Shown in pieces: positions 27,519-42,083 of a stretch of DNA of 64,000 nt (the first letter of the stretch is position 1; every line of letters starts with the position of its first letter). This stretch comes from Schmidtea polychroa. Lineage: Eukaryota. A model generated the notes under the pieces. The model was not told where the DNA came from. It worked only from the letters and a program-made list of their open reading frames with translations, and searched no databases. Both the position numbers and the translations under genes were made by a program. The DNA lies in NCBI GenBank assembly GCA_044892525.1, contig CM097885.1:215636001-215700000 (forward strand), read 5' to 3'.

Positions 27519-30500
27519 CAGGCCCGTAGCCAGGGTTTACTGTACGATGGGGCTTATATTATGTACTTCATAAAAATTTTCTATCAATTTCTTACACCTT
27601 TTCCTTATTAACTACCACTTTCTTAAACATCTCTAAACCGATTTCATCATTTTCCCTTAATCGAATCTTACATTTCTTAACGACTTACTCGTACATTTCT
27701 AAATTGATTTTCTTAAACAAAACTTAAATAAATTGATCACCATCTTGCAACCATCTTTCGATACTCCATTAAAATTTTTATTTTTCAAAAAATTATAATC
27801 TGGAGCATTTCTGTAAAACCTTTTTAACAAATTTCATAATCTTCATTAGACTCAACCGTATCAACTCATTAAAAGAATTGGTGTTATATCATTATAATCA
27901 CCAAAGCATCAAACTACAACAGAGTAAACCTAAGATTATAAAACACAGTGTCACAATTGCAAAGGACGAGATTTGAAGCGAAATGCTGCCTAACGTTATT
28001 CGACGTAAATGTCACTGACAAGTTTTTCTTCAAAAAAATAATAGTGTAAGATTCCACAATAGTTTCTGCTACATGGACCACCTGAATGGGGTTGAAATTT
28101 ATAAAAGTGATGAAAAACGATTTCAAATACGCCTGGGAATGAACAAAAAGTCAAAGCAGAGCATAACAGTTTGTTAAACAAAGAGAATCATTCTCGTATT
28201 TGAAAATTTTAATTTTAGTTTCAGCTGTAGATTTTTCATTATTCTTAGTTGAGGTAATTCTTTCAGTAATAAAAGACATTGCGACTTTCATCTCGCACCT
28301 CAGTTGTTCCATGTCAACCTCGGGCAATGAAAGCAACTTAACAAATGGTTTGAAAAAGTTGAAATAAAAGAAATGTGTTGACAATACAGTATTGCATTAG
28401 GTGTTATAGAGTGTAAAGTTAGCATTAACTTGATTGACTTTTCATTGAAACGGTAATTAATTTTCTCGAGTACTGCCTCAATTAGTCAAGAGAAAATCTG
28501 CTTACAGGCTAATTTTAGTGCTGTCTTTATGGGACACTCGGCCAGTGTTGTCTATTAAGTAGTCTATAAACTATGCTAGGTTTTAAACGCTTAGCACATT
28601 AAATGAAACAGGAATCATTACTTTCAATATCGTTTTCTTAAATTCGGTCAAATGCTTCATCACAACACAAGTTTTCTAATGGTTCATTGGTATGTTTAAC
28701 ATGTCCAATACCATTCAATGATTCAATTCTCTTTGTTTGAAGCATTGTATTTGGAGGTTGAAGAATACTGAGAATATTTTTTGCAAGTGGAAGGAATTTG
28801 ACTTATCTTAACATCTTACTAATCCAGTTGTCATTGCAAGCACTTCCACGTTGAGACGAGATGACTTATTACATGATTCGAGCAATTCAGTAATATTGAA
28901 GTACGATAAGATGAATGCTTTTTATAGTTACAAGGTAGCACTCCAATCGCATCCAAAGCAAGCGCTTCATTTTTTACAATCATATACAGATGCAATGACA
29001 GCACAACGTGTGAAATTATAAAGTGTATCGCATGTATCAAAAAACTATTTCAGCCGATGTAGTTGGTGATTAAAGTAATGTACAAACTCGATGGTTTTAT
29101 CAACTTTGTTCTCAAGATGTCACTGAACATCGCCTTTGTCGCCGGATCATTACACTGTATCCGCGTCATAAGCCTGAGATATCATTTTTTCGGGGTTAAG
29201 TCCGATTTCCTTTAGACGATCAATAATTTTCGTTAAAATGTGATCCGCGTCAAGTCAATCTAATTGCACTAAGTCCATGAGACGTTCCACAGATTGACCA
29301 TTCTTTACATACCATATACCTCTTGTTAAATGTTATTTTTGTATGTCGTTCCATCACATTTGATAGTGAAACAGTTATTACTGTCATGTACTGCGTCAAT
29401 AATTATTTTCTGAAAAAAACTGCACAACAGGGAAATTATCTCGTTCTGAATATCAAATGATTTGTATTTCGCTTTTTCAGGAATTGTTGGTATTGCTTCT
29501 TTAAGTAGATTATATCTTCTTGCGGACAACTCAAGCAAATAAATAAGCTTACCCCAGATAGAAAGTCATTGCATTCAGAGATGTCAGTAGCAATTTATTT
29601 GTCACCATAAATGGAAGTTTCGTTGATGATCAAAAATTGCATAATCTCAAAAGTGGCGATCTCAGCTTTTAGTCACCAGTTGATATGTCTATATTTCTTT
29701 CTATTTTTTTACTCTACGTTGTCACTGCTCGCAAATGAATTTCAGCTTTTTTCTTTTTCTTTTTTCAGTTCTATCTTTTTTTCAGTATAAGGATTAGAAG
29801 TTACTGAAAGTTGATTAAGTTTGGAGTACAAAGATTGGAGGCACAAATCTAACTGGTGACACCAGATAATGAAGAATCATTGTCACCAGAAACAATGTAT
29901 GCACTTAAGGCGTAACAATCTTATTGGCAAAAACACATAATGTAGCAATGAATAATGATTTACCACAAAATGAATTATCAGTTAACAAAGATGGACTTTT
30001 AAATACACTGTTTGTAGATAGATCAATAAAAGCAGTAGGTGATAATAAGAGGTGTTGATGGATGAGTTTGGAGAAATAACTTCTGTAGAAAATGCCAATT
30101 TTGGGTGCATCATCTGTTTTCCTGATAACTAACTCATTCTAGTGAGTTCCATAATTAATGTCCGAATTGATAAATTCGTAAATTGAAATTAACAATAATA
30201 TATTTCCATAACACCCAACTTAGCATACCAAGCACAAATTTCTTTATGCAATTCTTTCTTAAAAATGTTATTTATCAAGTAAATTAAAACAAACTACCAA
30301 AAAGTAAAGTAAAAAAGATGATGATAATTGTTGGTTAATGTATATTTTTATATACGTAGTATACTTGTTTAGTATGTTTAGTATAACTTTAAGTTAAAAG
30401 GTTTGTAAGAGCTTATATAATCTCGTCAGAACAAATGTAGTGGGTGTGGATGTTGTGTAAGTGTGTATAAAGAGGTATATAATTAAAGTGACCATACGTC

Positions 30501-30988
30501 ATTTTTTAAAGTAGACAATCCTTTATTTAACTATGTCTATATGGATGAATTTAATAAGGTACTTTTTTGTTTTCTTCGATGTTTTTTATTTACCCCCAAA
30601 AAATATGGCGACAGTATATATAATACAAGTCATTAGATGACAGCACCAATAGGTTTCAACATAATCATAGGAGGTGTGTGAATGAAATTGTTATTGGTGT
30701 ATATGGGAAGAGTGATGTGTGTTGAATAATATGTAAGTAAACGATGTTTCTGTGGTAGACATATTCGCCGTTAGCACATCAACTCATCACTTGGACAAAA
30801 TGATGAGATGAAGAATCGAGTAAGAACGGAGAGAAAGCCAGTTTTAGCACACTGTCCGTTCAAATTTAGATTTAAATCAAGTACGTTTAGTTCCCCGAGA
30901 CCATATAATTATAATTTTTCACGATGGGGCTATAGGCTTGCAAGTTTGAAGGTTAACCCCGTTTAGTCCCAGGCTGGCTACGAGTCTG
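27519..30988 (-). mobile_element. Degraded hAT transposon, 3470 bp
   Basis: TIRs CAGGCCCGTAGCCAG / CAGACTCGTAGCCAG (13/15); 8-bp TSD CAAAAAAA/CAAAAAAT (7/8); transposase remnant QNEIISLLC...FTIKCDGTT at 29326..29538. Confidence 0.85.
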
Positions 30989-32403
30989 CAAAAAATAACG
31001 AAAAATCCTAGGTATAAAAATGTTAAAAGTTAATTTTAGAAAACTTTATTTCTGTAATAAGTAACGATTCACTGATTTTTTCACGCCCTAGAGTTTCATG
31101 GTTCTGATAAACAAATATTTGATACAAATAAAAATTAATATATTTTGCATTAAAATTCTATGTTTAAAATGCAATTACGCATAAGGCTTGTTTTGTTTCC
31201 TTTCGTTTTGCGCTGTTTCGAATTGCGTCATTCCTAAAAATACACCAACTTTCGCTCTGCGTCGTAGGTTTTTTGAAGTTGTGACGTAAATTTGTTTATT
31301 TTAAAATGTTTTTCTTTTTTTGTGTGAAATATTTTTGCGTCAGAACCATTTGACAATAATCCGAATTCACCATTTTCCTGAGGTTTGTTTCATTTAATGT
31401 AGATGTCTTCATTATTTTTCAGTTTTATTTATAATTTCTGTTTAGGATATTTATTTTATTAGGTTTTATTACAGTGACAGTTAAAAAAGAAGTTAAAAAC
31501 TTTAATGTAAATTTTCTTATAAATAAAGGTGACTTTTCTATAAATTTATTAATGAAATATTTTAATAGTAATTTATAATCTTTCAGACCACAAACACGAG
31601 TGGTCTATAATCACAAAATAAAGTTTTTTTTCTTTTATTTTTCTTTTTTAAAATTGAATTTTCATGTCATATTTTCTGTTTTTTATGAATTAATATAGTT
31701 TCTTTTATTATTATTCTTAAATTAATTTCATTAGGTTTCTTATGGAATTATTTTGGGAACAAATCTTCAATAATCACATGGTTTCTCATACAAAATGTTA
31801 ATTTACTTTGCGTTGTTTCAGACTGCATCGCAAAATGTTGGAACGTATCTACGACGCAAAGCGAGACCTAGGTGTAACTTTTTACGTCGCATATATGCGT
31901 CATTTTAAAAAGATAATTTTTTTATAATGTCGAGTATATGCGTTTTATGTTGAAAAAAATTTAAGTAAAAAATAAAAATATTCTTGTAAAATATTCACTC
32001 AAATACATGTCATCGCATAAAATAAATTAAGCACACACTTATAGATACTTATTTATTAAACAATGAAAGGAAGTTAATGACAGTGTAATTTCATTTTTAT
32101 TTTAATATCGTTTAAGAACTCGTTATAAGTAGTCAGAATAAATTATTTTCATACCCCTAATAAGAAATTTTTCTTATAATAAAACTTATGAATTATAATT
32201 AAACCATTTAGAGAATGAATTACTGATAAATTGTCAAATTATTGTAACGCTGTAAATCAACTTACATATTAATACAATACTTATACAAAACTTTATAATT
32301 TACAATCCTTTTTTAAATCCTTCACCAAATAGTTTTCATAGTGTCCGTATAAGTAAAATTTTATTTTCTGAAACCGAAAATCTATAAAGAAAATCTATAT
32401 ATA

Positions 32404-33079
32404 CATGGCCGGCCTTAAGCACAGGCAAAGAAGGCAGTTGCCTAGAGTGCCAAAATTTGGGGCGCATTTTAAACAAAAAAATGTGTTTCGTGTTTTTCAC
32501 TTTTTATACTTTATTTCAATGTAAGTTGTTGAATTTTCATTGATTTCGAATTAAAGACTGTTGCTTATAACTTATAATAAAATTAATAAAAACATACCTC
32601 CGAGCCCCTATGACACAGGAAAGACTTACTGCTCTAGCTATATTATCTATTGAGAAAGACGTAGCCAAAACCTTAGGTTCGGAAATATTATAAGCAATTT
32701 TGCCAGTGTTAAAGCAAGGAATGTATTTTTTATGTAAAAACATACTTCTAGAGACTAGAAACGATGAAGCATTTCAAAATTACATAAAAATTTGTAATAA
32801 AATTAGCAAAACAAAAAATTCGTCTTACTCCAGTAAATATTTTTAATAACTTTATTTCTTTTCACGGTAATGTAAGTGTTTTACGATTTCCTAACAAATT
32901 TATATTAACAAATGCTGACTGTACATATTAAAAAAATTATAATAATAAATAACTCAGTTGGGGTATAACACGGGTAATGTAGGTAATGTAGTTCATCTTT
33001 CAATTGTAACGTGTCAGACATGAGGCAGTGTGGAGGGCAGTCTGGTCAGAGGGCACCATTGTGGTTAGGGCCGGCCCTG
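32404..33079 (+). mobile_element. Non-autonomous hAT element with transposase C-terminal remnant
   Basis: Ends CATGGCCGGCC / GGCCGGCCCTG; internal TYLRAPMTQERLTALAILSIEKD (hAT dimerisation motif); degenerate TSD. Confidence 0.8.
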
Positions 33080-33097
33080 CATATACATATATTTATT

Positions 33098-33235
33098 AAA
33101 GAGAGTTTGAAGACTATAAATCAGTAATATATCGATGTTTGTTGATACTCATGAATTTTCGGCACTACTTTTTTCAAGTGAATTTGATGAACAAACATCG
33201 ATATATTACTGATTTATAGTCTTCAAACTCTCTTT
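33098..33235. repeat. Small fold-back element: 46-bp perfect inverted arms, 46-bp spacer
   Basis: 33098-33143 is the reverse complement of 33190-33235. TTTATTAAA occurs at 33092-33100 and 33235-33243 (possible 9-bp TSD, Mutator-like MITE). Confidence 0.8.
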
Positions 33236-33291
33236 TTATTAAATTCAATGGAAAAAATAATCAGTGGGGAAATTGAAAGAAATAAAAGTTC

Positions 33292-33296
<5 letters not shown>

Positions 33297-33340
<44 letters not shown>
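33297..33340. repeat. (AT)22 microsatellite
   Basis: Read directly. Confidence 0.97.
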
Positions 33341-33345
<5 letters not shown>

Positions 33346-34211
33346 TTTAATTCTTCTTATTGCTAATAATCATTAATAATCATAAATAATGATTTTAATA
33401 AAATTGCACCATGATTTTTTATTAGTTTTATTAATTTTTATTGAAATTATTCGTTTAATTTAATTAATGAAATAGTGTCTTTATTAAATTTAGCAGATAA
33501 TCAATAGCAACATAACTAGCAGTGAAATCATTAAAACAGTGATATTATTTTCATTGAAATCCTATAATGATTTCCAACAGAAACATTAATCAGACGACCG
33601 CTTATGGACAAATAATTGGGCGCTAATCAACACGCACAAGCATGCACAAACACACAAACACACACACACATGAACACGCGAATATCTCCTAGGCACACCG
33701 TGCACACACATACACACAACCATAACCAGGAAAAATTTTAACGGTTTTCACAATAATATTTAAATTTGCTTAATCGAAATTGAATAAAATTATTTATAGA
33801 TTTTTTATTTCTGAAATTCGATATGTGAATTGGATCAAAAATTGTACTTTGATGTAAATTGACTAACCGTGGATAATCTCTGTCATCGGATTGGTGTTTG
33901 TAGGATTCAGGATGTAAGATTGGAGAGTTTTGGAGTTTTTCCGAGGCTAAATTAGAAAACCAACCGTAAATTTTTAGCTCATTTATCGCAAATAAGACTA
34001 GAGATAAATCGTGATAGGAAACGTATGGAATATCTAGTAAATATTTTACCTGGCCAATTCTAGGATGTGTGCGTCTTTTTTAGATGAACTAGAAATGAAA
34101 TGATTTACATTTTATATTGCCGCCGACAGAACTTTCATCAGAATACATATTGCACCAAATCATGTATAGTAGGACCTTATATACATACATGCACACTCCC
34201 ACACATACTTT

Positions 34212-34738
34212 TCATATATTACTACTTGCCTCTTTTGGTTTCGGGCTGTCAAAAAAGTGCATCCATTTAACAGATGCATTCTGATCAGAAAATTCAACAA
34301 GGAATTCCCATTTTCTTTTGGAAGCATCAAAATAACTGAAATTGTAAATATATTTTGAAATTTCACAACATTTGTCGTCTTGATGAACTATGTCAACTGC
34401 ATTTCCCGCTTCATCTGGTTCAAATTGTACATCTTTGTCAATTCCGAATGAATTGGTTTCAGTTTCTTCATTTTCTTTCACTCTTAACATTCCATTTTCT
34501 ACAGAAATCGTACAAAGTTGCCAAGTTGCATTGAGAATTTCCTTTTCAAATTGATGAATAGAATTCTTACAATTACAATTTATACTGAATCGTTTGTGAA
34601 TTTCCACATAATCCTAACAGGGACAGGATCAATATTCATATTCTGCTTGCTAGTTTCAGGTGGCGGTTTGTTGTCAGAAATCCGTTTGCTTGAATCGTTA
34701 GGTCCATTATCCTTAATTACTTTACTTTCTGCTGATTC
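34212..34738 (-). CDS. Upstream exons of the RhoGAP gene encoding a PH-like domain
   Basis: Exon 34738-34586, a 44-nt GT-AG intron, then an exon from 34541 in frame: PVPVRIMWKFTNDS|EILNATWQLCTISVENGMLRV...WEFLVEFSDQNASVKWMHFF. PH followed by RhoGAP matches ARHGAP21/23 architecture. Confidence 0.65.
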
Positions 34739-36303
34739 CTGATATATAAAAATACAAATAATTGTCGAAGTGTAATTTTGGAAAAGGCATAATTTTCGAA
34801 TTTAAAATTTCATTATTTAGAAAAAAAGTAAAATATAAAAATTATCCATAATACAAATAATAAATTGTTAGAACGTTACTCGGTGATCAGACTAAGTTCG
34901 AAGAGTAGGCGACGTCGGTGACCACCGACATCAACACTTTTCTAGATACGCATTTCTTTTATTGTCAGTTACAAGAAAAATTAAAAGATTTAAAAATTTT
35001 TTCTTCAATTTTCTGTTAAGATTTTGCTAGTTCTGTGCCATTATAACTGAAAGTTATGGATTTGTTAGGCAATAATTATGTTTACTTGCCAGGTTATATA
35101 TACTTAACGCTGAAATTCCTTTTTTAAAAAAAAATTAATATTGGTACAACTCCAATTTAAAAATTATTGCATTTAGTATTTTTGCACTAGCATATTTGCA
35201 TCTTGCCTCTACACAGAAAACTACTAGAACCGGCCTATCAATGACCCAATATTTATAATAATCTATCTTATAGTCAAAAATATTTTCATTAAATACATTA
35301 TTCGTAGCAAAAGGCTTATATTATCACTTTATTGTTTTTAATTATTATTATTATTCTACAATAAAAACCCTATAAAGACAAGATCAAACAAAATTAAGAA
35401 TGCGTTTAATTATAACTAAGCACTTAAGCGGTGAACAGAATTCACGTTTATTCGTTAGATATAACTGTGTCACCTCAAAATTTGATTCAAAGAGTATTTG
35501 TATTTTTAAATATTTTCATAATTTTCACACTTTAGACAAGCTTGATTTAAGTCATGCGCGTCATGATCTTATTTCGATAAAGAACTATTACCGGTAGTAA
35601 CTACAAAGTAGTATACATATAAATTTTATATAGACAATTCCCGATTTCAAAATAATTATTTTCATTAAAATTATTAAAAAAGACCTTCAAAAGGGATATT
35701 TTAACTCTTTCGTAGGCAAAAATATTGTTTACATTTTTATATCAATTTTGTTTTGAAACGAATGCTGATTGCAAGTATTGAAATCTAGCTTTGTAGATAC
35801 AGAAAGATTCTCTTTGCAAATATTGCGTATACATCAAGCTGTGTGAACGTAGTCATCAAAGGTTTTTGAGAGATATGATTTTTAGACTTAAAAAATGTCA
35901 CTTAAGAATTAAGTCATTTTGATAAAATCTCAGACTAAATTTTGAATATTTAAAGATTATAAATTAAAATTTGAAAAAGTTTATGAAATCTGTTTAATAA
36001 CAACACCAACTTGTCCTGTTGATTAGATAGTGCGTACAGTACTAATTTCACTTTCATAATGTTATTTTAATTTCAACTGTAGAACATCAAGTTATATTAG
36101 AATTTGAATATTCATCACTTATTTATGTACTAAAATTATTTTTATAATATATATTATATCCCAACTATGTGAACGTTGACATCAAACTTAAATCTAAATA
36201 ATGAAATCTTCAGAACGATAATTGCCAATTTACAAAAAATGTTGAATATTATGAAGTCTTACAAATAAAAATGTTATGACATTACATGAGTTAACTGTTG
36301 GAG

Positions 36304-39257
36304 CAGTTGCGGATTTAAATTTTGGTGCGTGGGGGGCGAGGAAAATTTTCAGGGGGCGCCACAAATTATGAAGATGGTACTACTTATTTTCGCGAGTATT
36401 GAGTGAATACTAATATTATTAAAAAGCATTATATTCAGTAAATTTATTCTAGTAAATTTATTGATGTAACAAACATACAAGTTTTTTTATTATTTAAATT
36501 GCTTCCTGCGTGATTTCATTGAAGCAAAACGATTTATAGTCGATTCAAAGTCAATGTTCTCAGCCAGTTCGCGTTCTATTGAAATTAATGCTAATCCAGA
36601 CAGACGTTCGTTTGTCATTGTTGATCGCAAATAATTTTTGATGATTTTCAGTCTACTGAAACTTCTTTCAGCAGTAGCAGATGTAAGAGTCAAGTATATT
36701 TTATAAAGAATTGCCAAATTGAGAAGTCCTGGTGCCATCTGTTTTTCAACCAAGAAAGGCAGCACCTCTTTAAGTTGTAGTTCACAAGATAGTAATGGGC
36801 GTATTGATGCATACACGTATATGAAATTATCATATTCTAGGATTGCTTCTTCAATATTAATATCATTTTTGTAAATGTCGCATAAATTTTGAAAAGATTC
36901 TTTATTTTCTTCTGATATTTGTGATGGATCAAGACAGGAGAATAAAGCAACAGTGTTTTGAAAATCATTAAAACGTTCATCTAGTTGTGTTACAAGTGTA
37001 TCCAAGACAGTGAAATACGTTTCACATTTGAAGCGTGTAGTTGGATCATTAACCCTTTCATCTCTGTTAAGTTCACCTGCCATGCGTTTCCTTTTTGCAA
37101 TTCGCTGTTCTTTAAATTCTGTTTCAACATCTAGTAAGGAACAATTTTTGATAATAAATGATTTTACAGCAACATTTAGACTTTCAAAAGCTTTATCACT
37201 TCTCATATCAGCAAACTTATTTCTGGAAACATAAATCAATTGTTTTGCAAAAGCAATATCAATGTCCTTTCGTTGCAAACAGTTTGATAACACAAAGATA
37301 TATTCTAACAGCTTTTGTAGAAATAGCTTCAGAAAAACAAAAGAATATTTTGTTATCAAAATAGATAGTCCCATAGCTTCTGCTCTGACACTTCCTTTGT
37401 GTTCTTTTGATTCATTAAAATTTATATCTTCTAGAGTAGATATAATAGAGGAGAATGATCCAACAACTGCATCAACTGCATGCTTTAGGCTTGCCCATCT
37501 TGTATCAGAAAGTCGTTTTAGAGTATCTACTGTCGATTCATATCGAGACTTCTGATGTTCTTCGAGAATATGTAGTCATGGTAGACTTGATGTAAGGAAA
37601 GTATACAACTTTTCTGTTGTACCAAAAAACAACTGAACATCACTGTTAAGAGACATTGCTTCAATAGTCACCAAATTCAATGCATGAGAACAACAGTGAA
37701 CAAGATGGCATTTGGTGAAAGTGTCTTTATATTAGTTTGAAGACCATTTTTAATCCCAGACATCACAGAGGCACCATCATATGCCTGTCAAAGTGTAATG
37801 TCAATGTTTCGCTTTTGTAACTATGTTAATAATATATCAGAAAATGCTGCAGCATTACTGTTTTCCAACGTGTAGAAGCCTATAAATCGTTCAACAACTT
37901 GTCCTGATTTTAACACTAATCTTAAAGAAACTGACATCTGATCAACTCTGGATATATCAATTGTTGAATCAACAATTAGAGAAAAGAATTGTGCAGACCT
38001 AACTTCATTATCAATATTTGCGGATAATTCTGAGGGAAGTGATTGAATTAGGTCATTTTGTACATCATGACATAAATAAAGTTCATTTTTCTTTTCAAAC
38101 TTTAGATGATTGTCCAAAGTGGAATCATATTTAGCCAATAAAAATAGCAATTCACGAAAATTTCCAGTATTACTACACCTGTCAGAGCCAGAATGTTCTC
38201 TGTGTCCTCTAAATGGCAAACCTTGTTTTGCTAAAAACAACGTTGCATCTACCATTCGTTTCAAAACTTCTCTATTTTTTTCCCCTTGATAACGCTCCTG
38301 ACTGATCAAACCAAACATCACAGTTTTATCATTTGAAATGCGATAATTAGCCAGCAAATATTGACATATTGCACTTTGATGTTGATTGGAAGTTTCATGT
38401 TTAACGATTTTTTCCATGCCTTTTTTTCAGCTATAAACTCCAAAATTTGGGTCGGATCATTCCTTGTTATAATTTTCAATTTTACAATCAGTGAATAACC
38501 AGCAAACTTGGCAATGCATTTTTTGATTTGTTGGTGAATAGACAAGCCAATTTCTTTCCTCCTTCATACTACCTTTTCCAAAATATTTTGTGTACCAAGA
38601 AATTTGAAACTTGCGCCCCAATTCATCTGTCGGAAATTGAAATGGTTCATTGAGTCCAGGTTGACATGGTCCGATTTCAAACAATTTTCGTATCAGTTTC
38701 GAGCTTATGCTTGTATTAATGTAGAGTCCTGGATCTGTAGGAAAGTCGGATTGAGGAAGAAGTGGTTCTTGTAAAATATCTGAAGCAAGTTGTTTTTCCA
38801 CTGTATCAAATTCTGAATCACCCTGATTATGTTTCAAGCCCTGAGCAGGTAATGTTACCGTCTCAATATTCTCTGCACATGAATGTATAGCTGGGTGTTG
38901 TTCATCAACTACTTCAACAACTATCTTCAACAAGAACTTCAGATGATGTTTCTGTCTCAGCAGGCTCAGCATAGGAACTCGAATGCGTAGATGGGTGTTG
39001 ATCATCAAATACATGCTCATTTTTAGCAGAAACTTCAGTTGATTGAATTACTGGCAGTATACAAGCTTAAAAACTTCAAACAGTCGCTCTTCACTGGAGC
39101 TATGTAATATTATTAATATGATGCAGCATAACAGCTGGAGTTGCTTAAATCCAGTTGAACTTTGTACACAGACAAAACTTTAATAAGAGAAAAAATTCAT
39201 AAAATTATCTTGGGGGGGGGGCGACTCGCCCTCATGCCTATAGTAAATCCGCTACTG
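36304..39257 (-). mobile_element. Full-length hAT transposon, 2954 bp, with a frameshifted transposase
   Basis: 14-bp TIRs CAGT(T/A)GCGGATTTA and a perfect 8-bp TSD TGTTGGAG. Transposase pieces 38457..39020, 37821..38417 (FFSLIVDSTIDISRVDQMS) and 36490..37374 (SATAERSFSRLKIIKNYLRSTMTNERLSGLALISIE). Confidence 0.96.
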
Positions 39258-40249
39258 TGTTGGAGTATATATAAAGGCACCAAATTAAACGTAACCATAA
39301 TAAAAATCAATTAAAAACAAAAATGCAAATATTAATTAAAAAGTTATAAAATGTAAAAATTAATATCGATCGGAGAATTAAAATAATGTTTACCCAATAT
39401 CGGATAACGCCTTTCAGAAAAGTATAAAAGGAAAAGTTGAAAAGAGACGAGCGGCCAGTTGGTCGAAGAAAACATTATCAGAGAGCGTTTACCAAAATTC
39501 CAGAGACCTAAAGAAAGAAAAGAATTCAAGTAAAGCTAGGGAGAATTATTGATTATCGTATCAGAAAGGGTGATTACTCCTTGGACAACCTACCTTACGA
39601 TAACAAATATCAACTAAAGAAAGGTGAAAATCTAATGACTAATTGTAATTGTGATAAACTTTGAATAAAGTTGTTTTGTGTTGGGTTTGAGTTATTTGAT
39701 TGAAAAAGGACACGAGAAGTGAAATTAACTGACTTTTTAAATAATAACCCAACAGTACTGTGACAGACTTTCCTTACTGGTTTAATAAAAAAAATTCGAA
39801 AAAAAAAATTGAAAAATCAAAAGCTTTATTAGCAAATTTTTAAACTCATCGTCATTACATTAGACACAATAAATAATGCCAAATCAAGATCTACACTGAA
39901 CATTAGAATATTTTATAATTTTTGAGGCGATCGAAAGATTATTTTACCTTTTGAATATTAGAAAGAGTTAATGTTAAATTTTTCAATGCTTTTATAATGG
40001 TTAAAGCTATAAAAATCATAAAAAAATTAATATTTCCAAAATTTACAAATGTGTATTTTAAAAAAAGCACAAGATTATTAGAGATTTCGAACTATTTTAC
40101 ATTACACGAAGGAGAACACTTCGTGAAGGGGATATGCGGTAATATTTATAAATATCTTACTAAAACTCTGAAACATAAATTAGATACAGAAACAAGGATG
40201 TTTTTTTAATAATTCAATGCTGCGATAAATAAAGATGCAAAAATAATAT

Positions 40250-40870
40250 ACTCATTAGTCAATGAAAATAAGAATAGCGTTTTTGTCATCAATAGAGATT
40301 ATATGGCGATCCTGCTTGTTAACTAAATAGAATTAACTGAACTAATAATAAGAAGAATAGATGCAATTCATATGTTAATAAAATTTTCTATAATAGAAAA
40401 TGAAATGAATTCCTCAAACTATATGTCCAAATTAAAACCGAGGTTGTTGTCACAATAAAGGTAAATAATAAGGATACTTATCTTTATTATTTACCTTTAT
40501 TATGACAACAAAAAATTCTGCCCTTAAAGTTACACCTACACAGACTACATTATTGTCACCCAGCCTAACAGGATTAATATCAAAGCATCTGTTGATACAT
40601 AACCTTGAACATTCAAAAATGTTGTTTAATGTAGGTCTTGGAATAGTCAAAGATTTTAAAACCAAAACTATAGACTCCTTATTTGACCATTTATAGAGAA
40701 CATCTAACAAATTTCTCCAACTTATCAATGAAATGGTCAGTAAAGAACCTGTTCACATGGACAAGGTAGTCTTGTATTTAGAAGAAGTTTTTATTTGGCA
40801 TTTTCAAACATATTGGTCCAAGGACGTTTCCTTCTTAGTCCATACCATTTGTTGATGACAATGAGAACAC
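40250..40870 (-). pseudogene. Possible Merlin/IS1595-like transposase remnant
   Basis: KCSHCHQQM zinc-ribbon-like start; ORF 40450..40728 (LYKWS...INPVRLGDNNVV) resembles the Merlin region just before the catalytic Asp. Heavily degraded. Confidence 0.4.
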
Positions 40871-41798
40871 TTTAATTATAAGTTTTAATTTTATTAAATA
40901 ATTATACTCAATAAACATTTCCTTTCACATTTTAAAATTTCTTCTATTAAACTTTAATTATAAGATGTAATTTTATTTCCTTTTAAAATTACACTTGTAA
41001 AAGTCCCGCCCATTGTTACAAGATCCAAAGATAATAAAGGTAAATGGCTTAACGTTCTGGAAAAATAATCAATATGTAAAAAGTTATAAAAGAATAATGT
41101 GTTCCGGTGCAAGGAGTGTGAATAAATTTGAAAATGGAGAAGCAAATGTCAAAATGTGCAATGTACTTTGTTACAACAAACAGAATAGACCTTAGAACTA
41201 TTCAAACATTTGGTTTAAGAAATAAAGAGACCAGTAAAAAGAGGATTGTTAAGTTCCATTTATCAAATATATAAAACGCAATTAGAAAATTAAACATTTT
41301 TAAGAGAAAGCTGTAAAAAATTTAGAATAAAACAAGTAATAATGCTAGCAAAAGATAAAAAACATTTTGTTGTTATTGTAAGGATATTTAATCAAATTTA
41401 AATTAATTGTCACTAAATTGTCTGTTAATAAATTAAATAGATAAAATTCTGTGCCCTAGGCGGCAAAATCTCTTTCAAAAACAATTTTAATGATGTAAAG
41501 TTAAATATTTTTTTCGCATTTTTGATATATTTCTGTTCGTCAACTTTAGTTTAGAAAGCAGAACTAATGCAAATAGGATTTTAGAAAAGTAAAAAATACC
41601 ATACAGTCCTCTCCTACCATAACAAATTTTGTGCTTCCATATTAAAATTTATTTTTGTAGAATTTTCTGAAGTTTAAAAAATTATTTATACAGGGAATTG
41701 ACTGGAAATGGAAATAGTTATTTTGTAATCAACATTTAGAAATTTTTGGCAAGAACACTTCTAAGCTCTAAGCTACTCATTGTAGTTCTGTTGTATAA

Positions 41799-42083
41799 CT
41801 AACACGCATCCCATATTGTAATCCCCATTATATGACAGAAAAGTTCCTTGTACCAGCGTAACGACTTCCAATAGGATGAATAGTATGATATCATTTGATC
41901 TGCTCTGTCGATGCACGACATATTATAATTATAATCTGCAACTGTAGAAAGCTTATTAACTAAATTTACATTTTTAGACTTTACTTCTTTGAATGATGCA
42001 TTATGTTTAGTTGATATTGTCAAGACATTTCGTTTATCTTTCCATTTATGTATTAAAACATTATTATTCCTAGCAAAAATCAA
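41799..42083 (-). pseudogene. piggyBac transposase fragment
   Basis: KWKDKRNVLTIST...DYNYNMSCIDRADQMISYY...RWYKELF. Confidence 0.85.
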
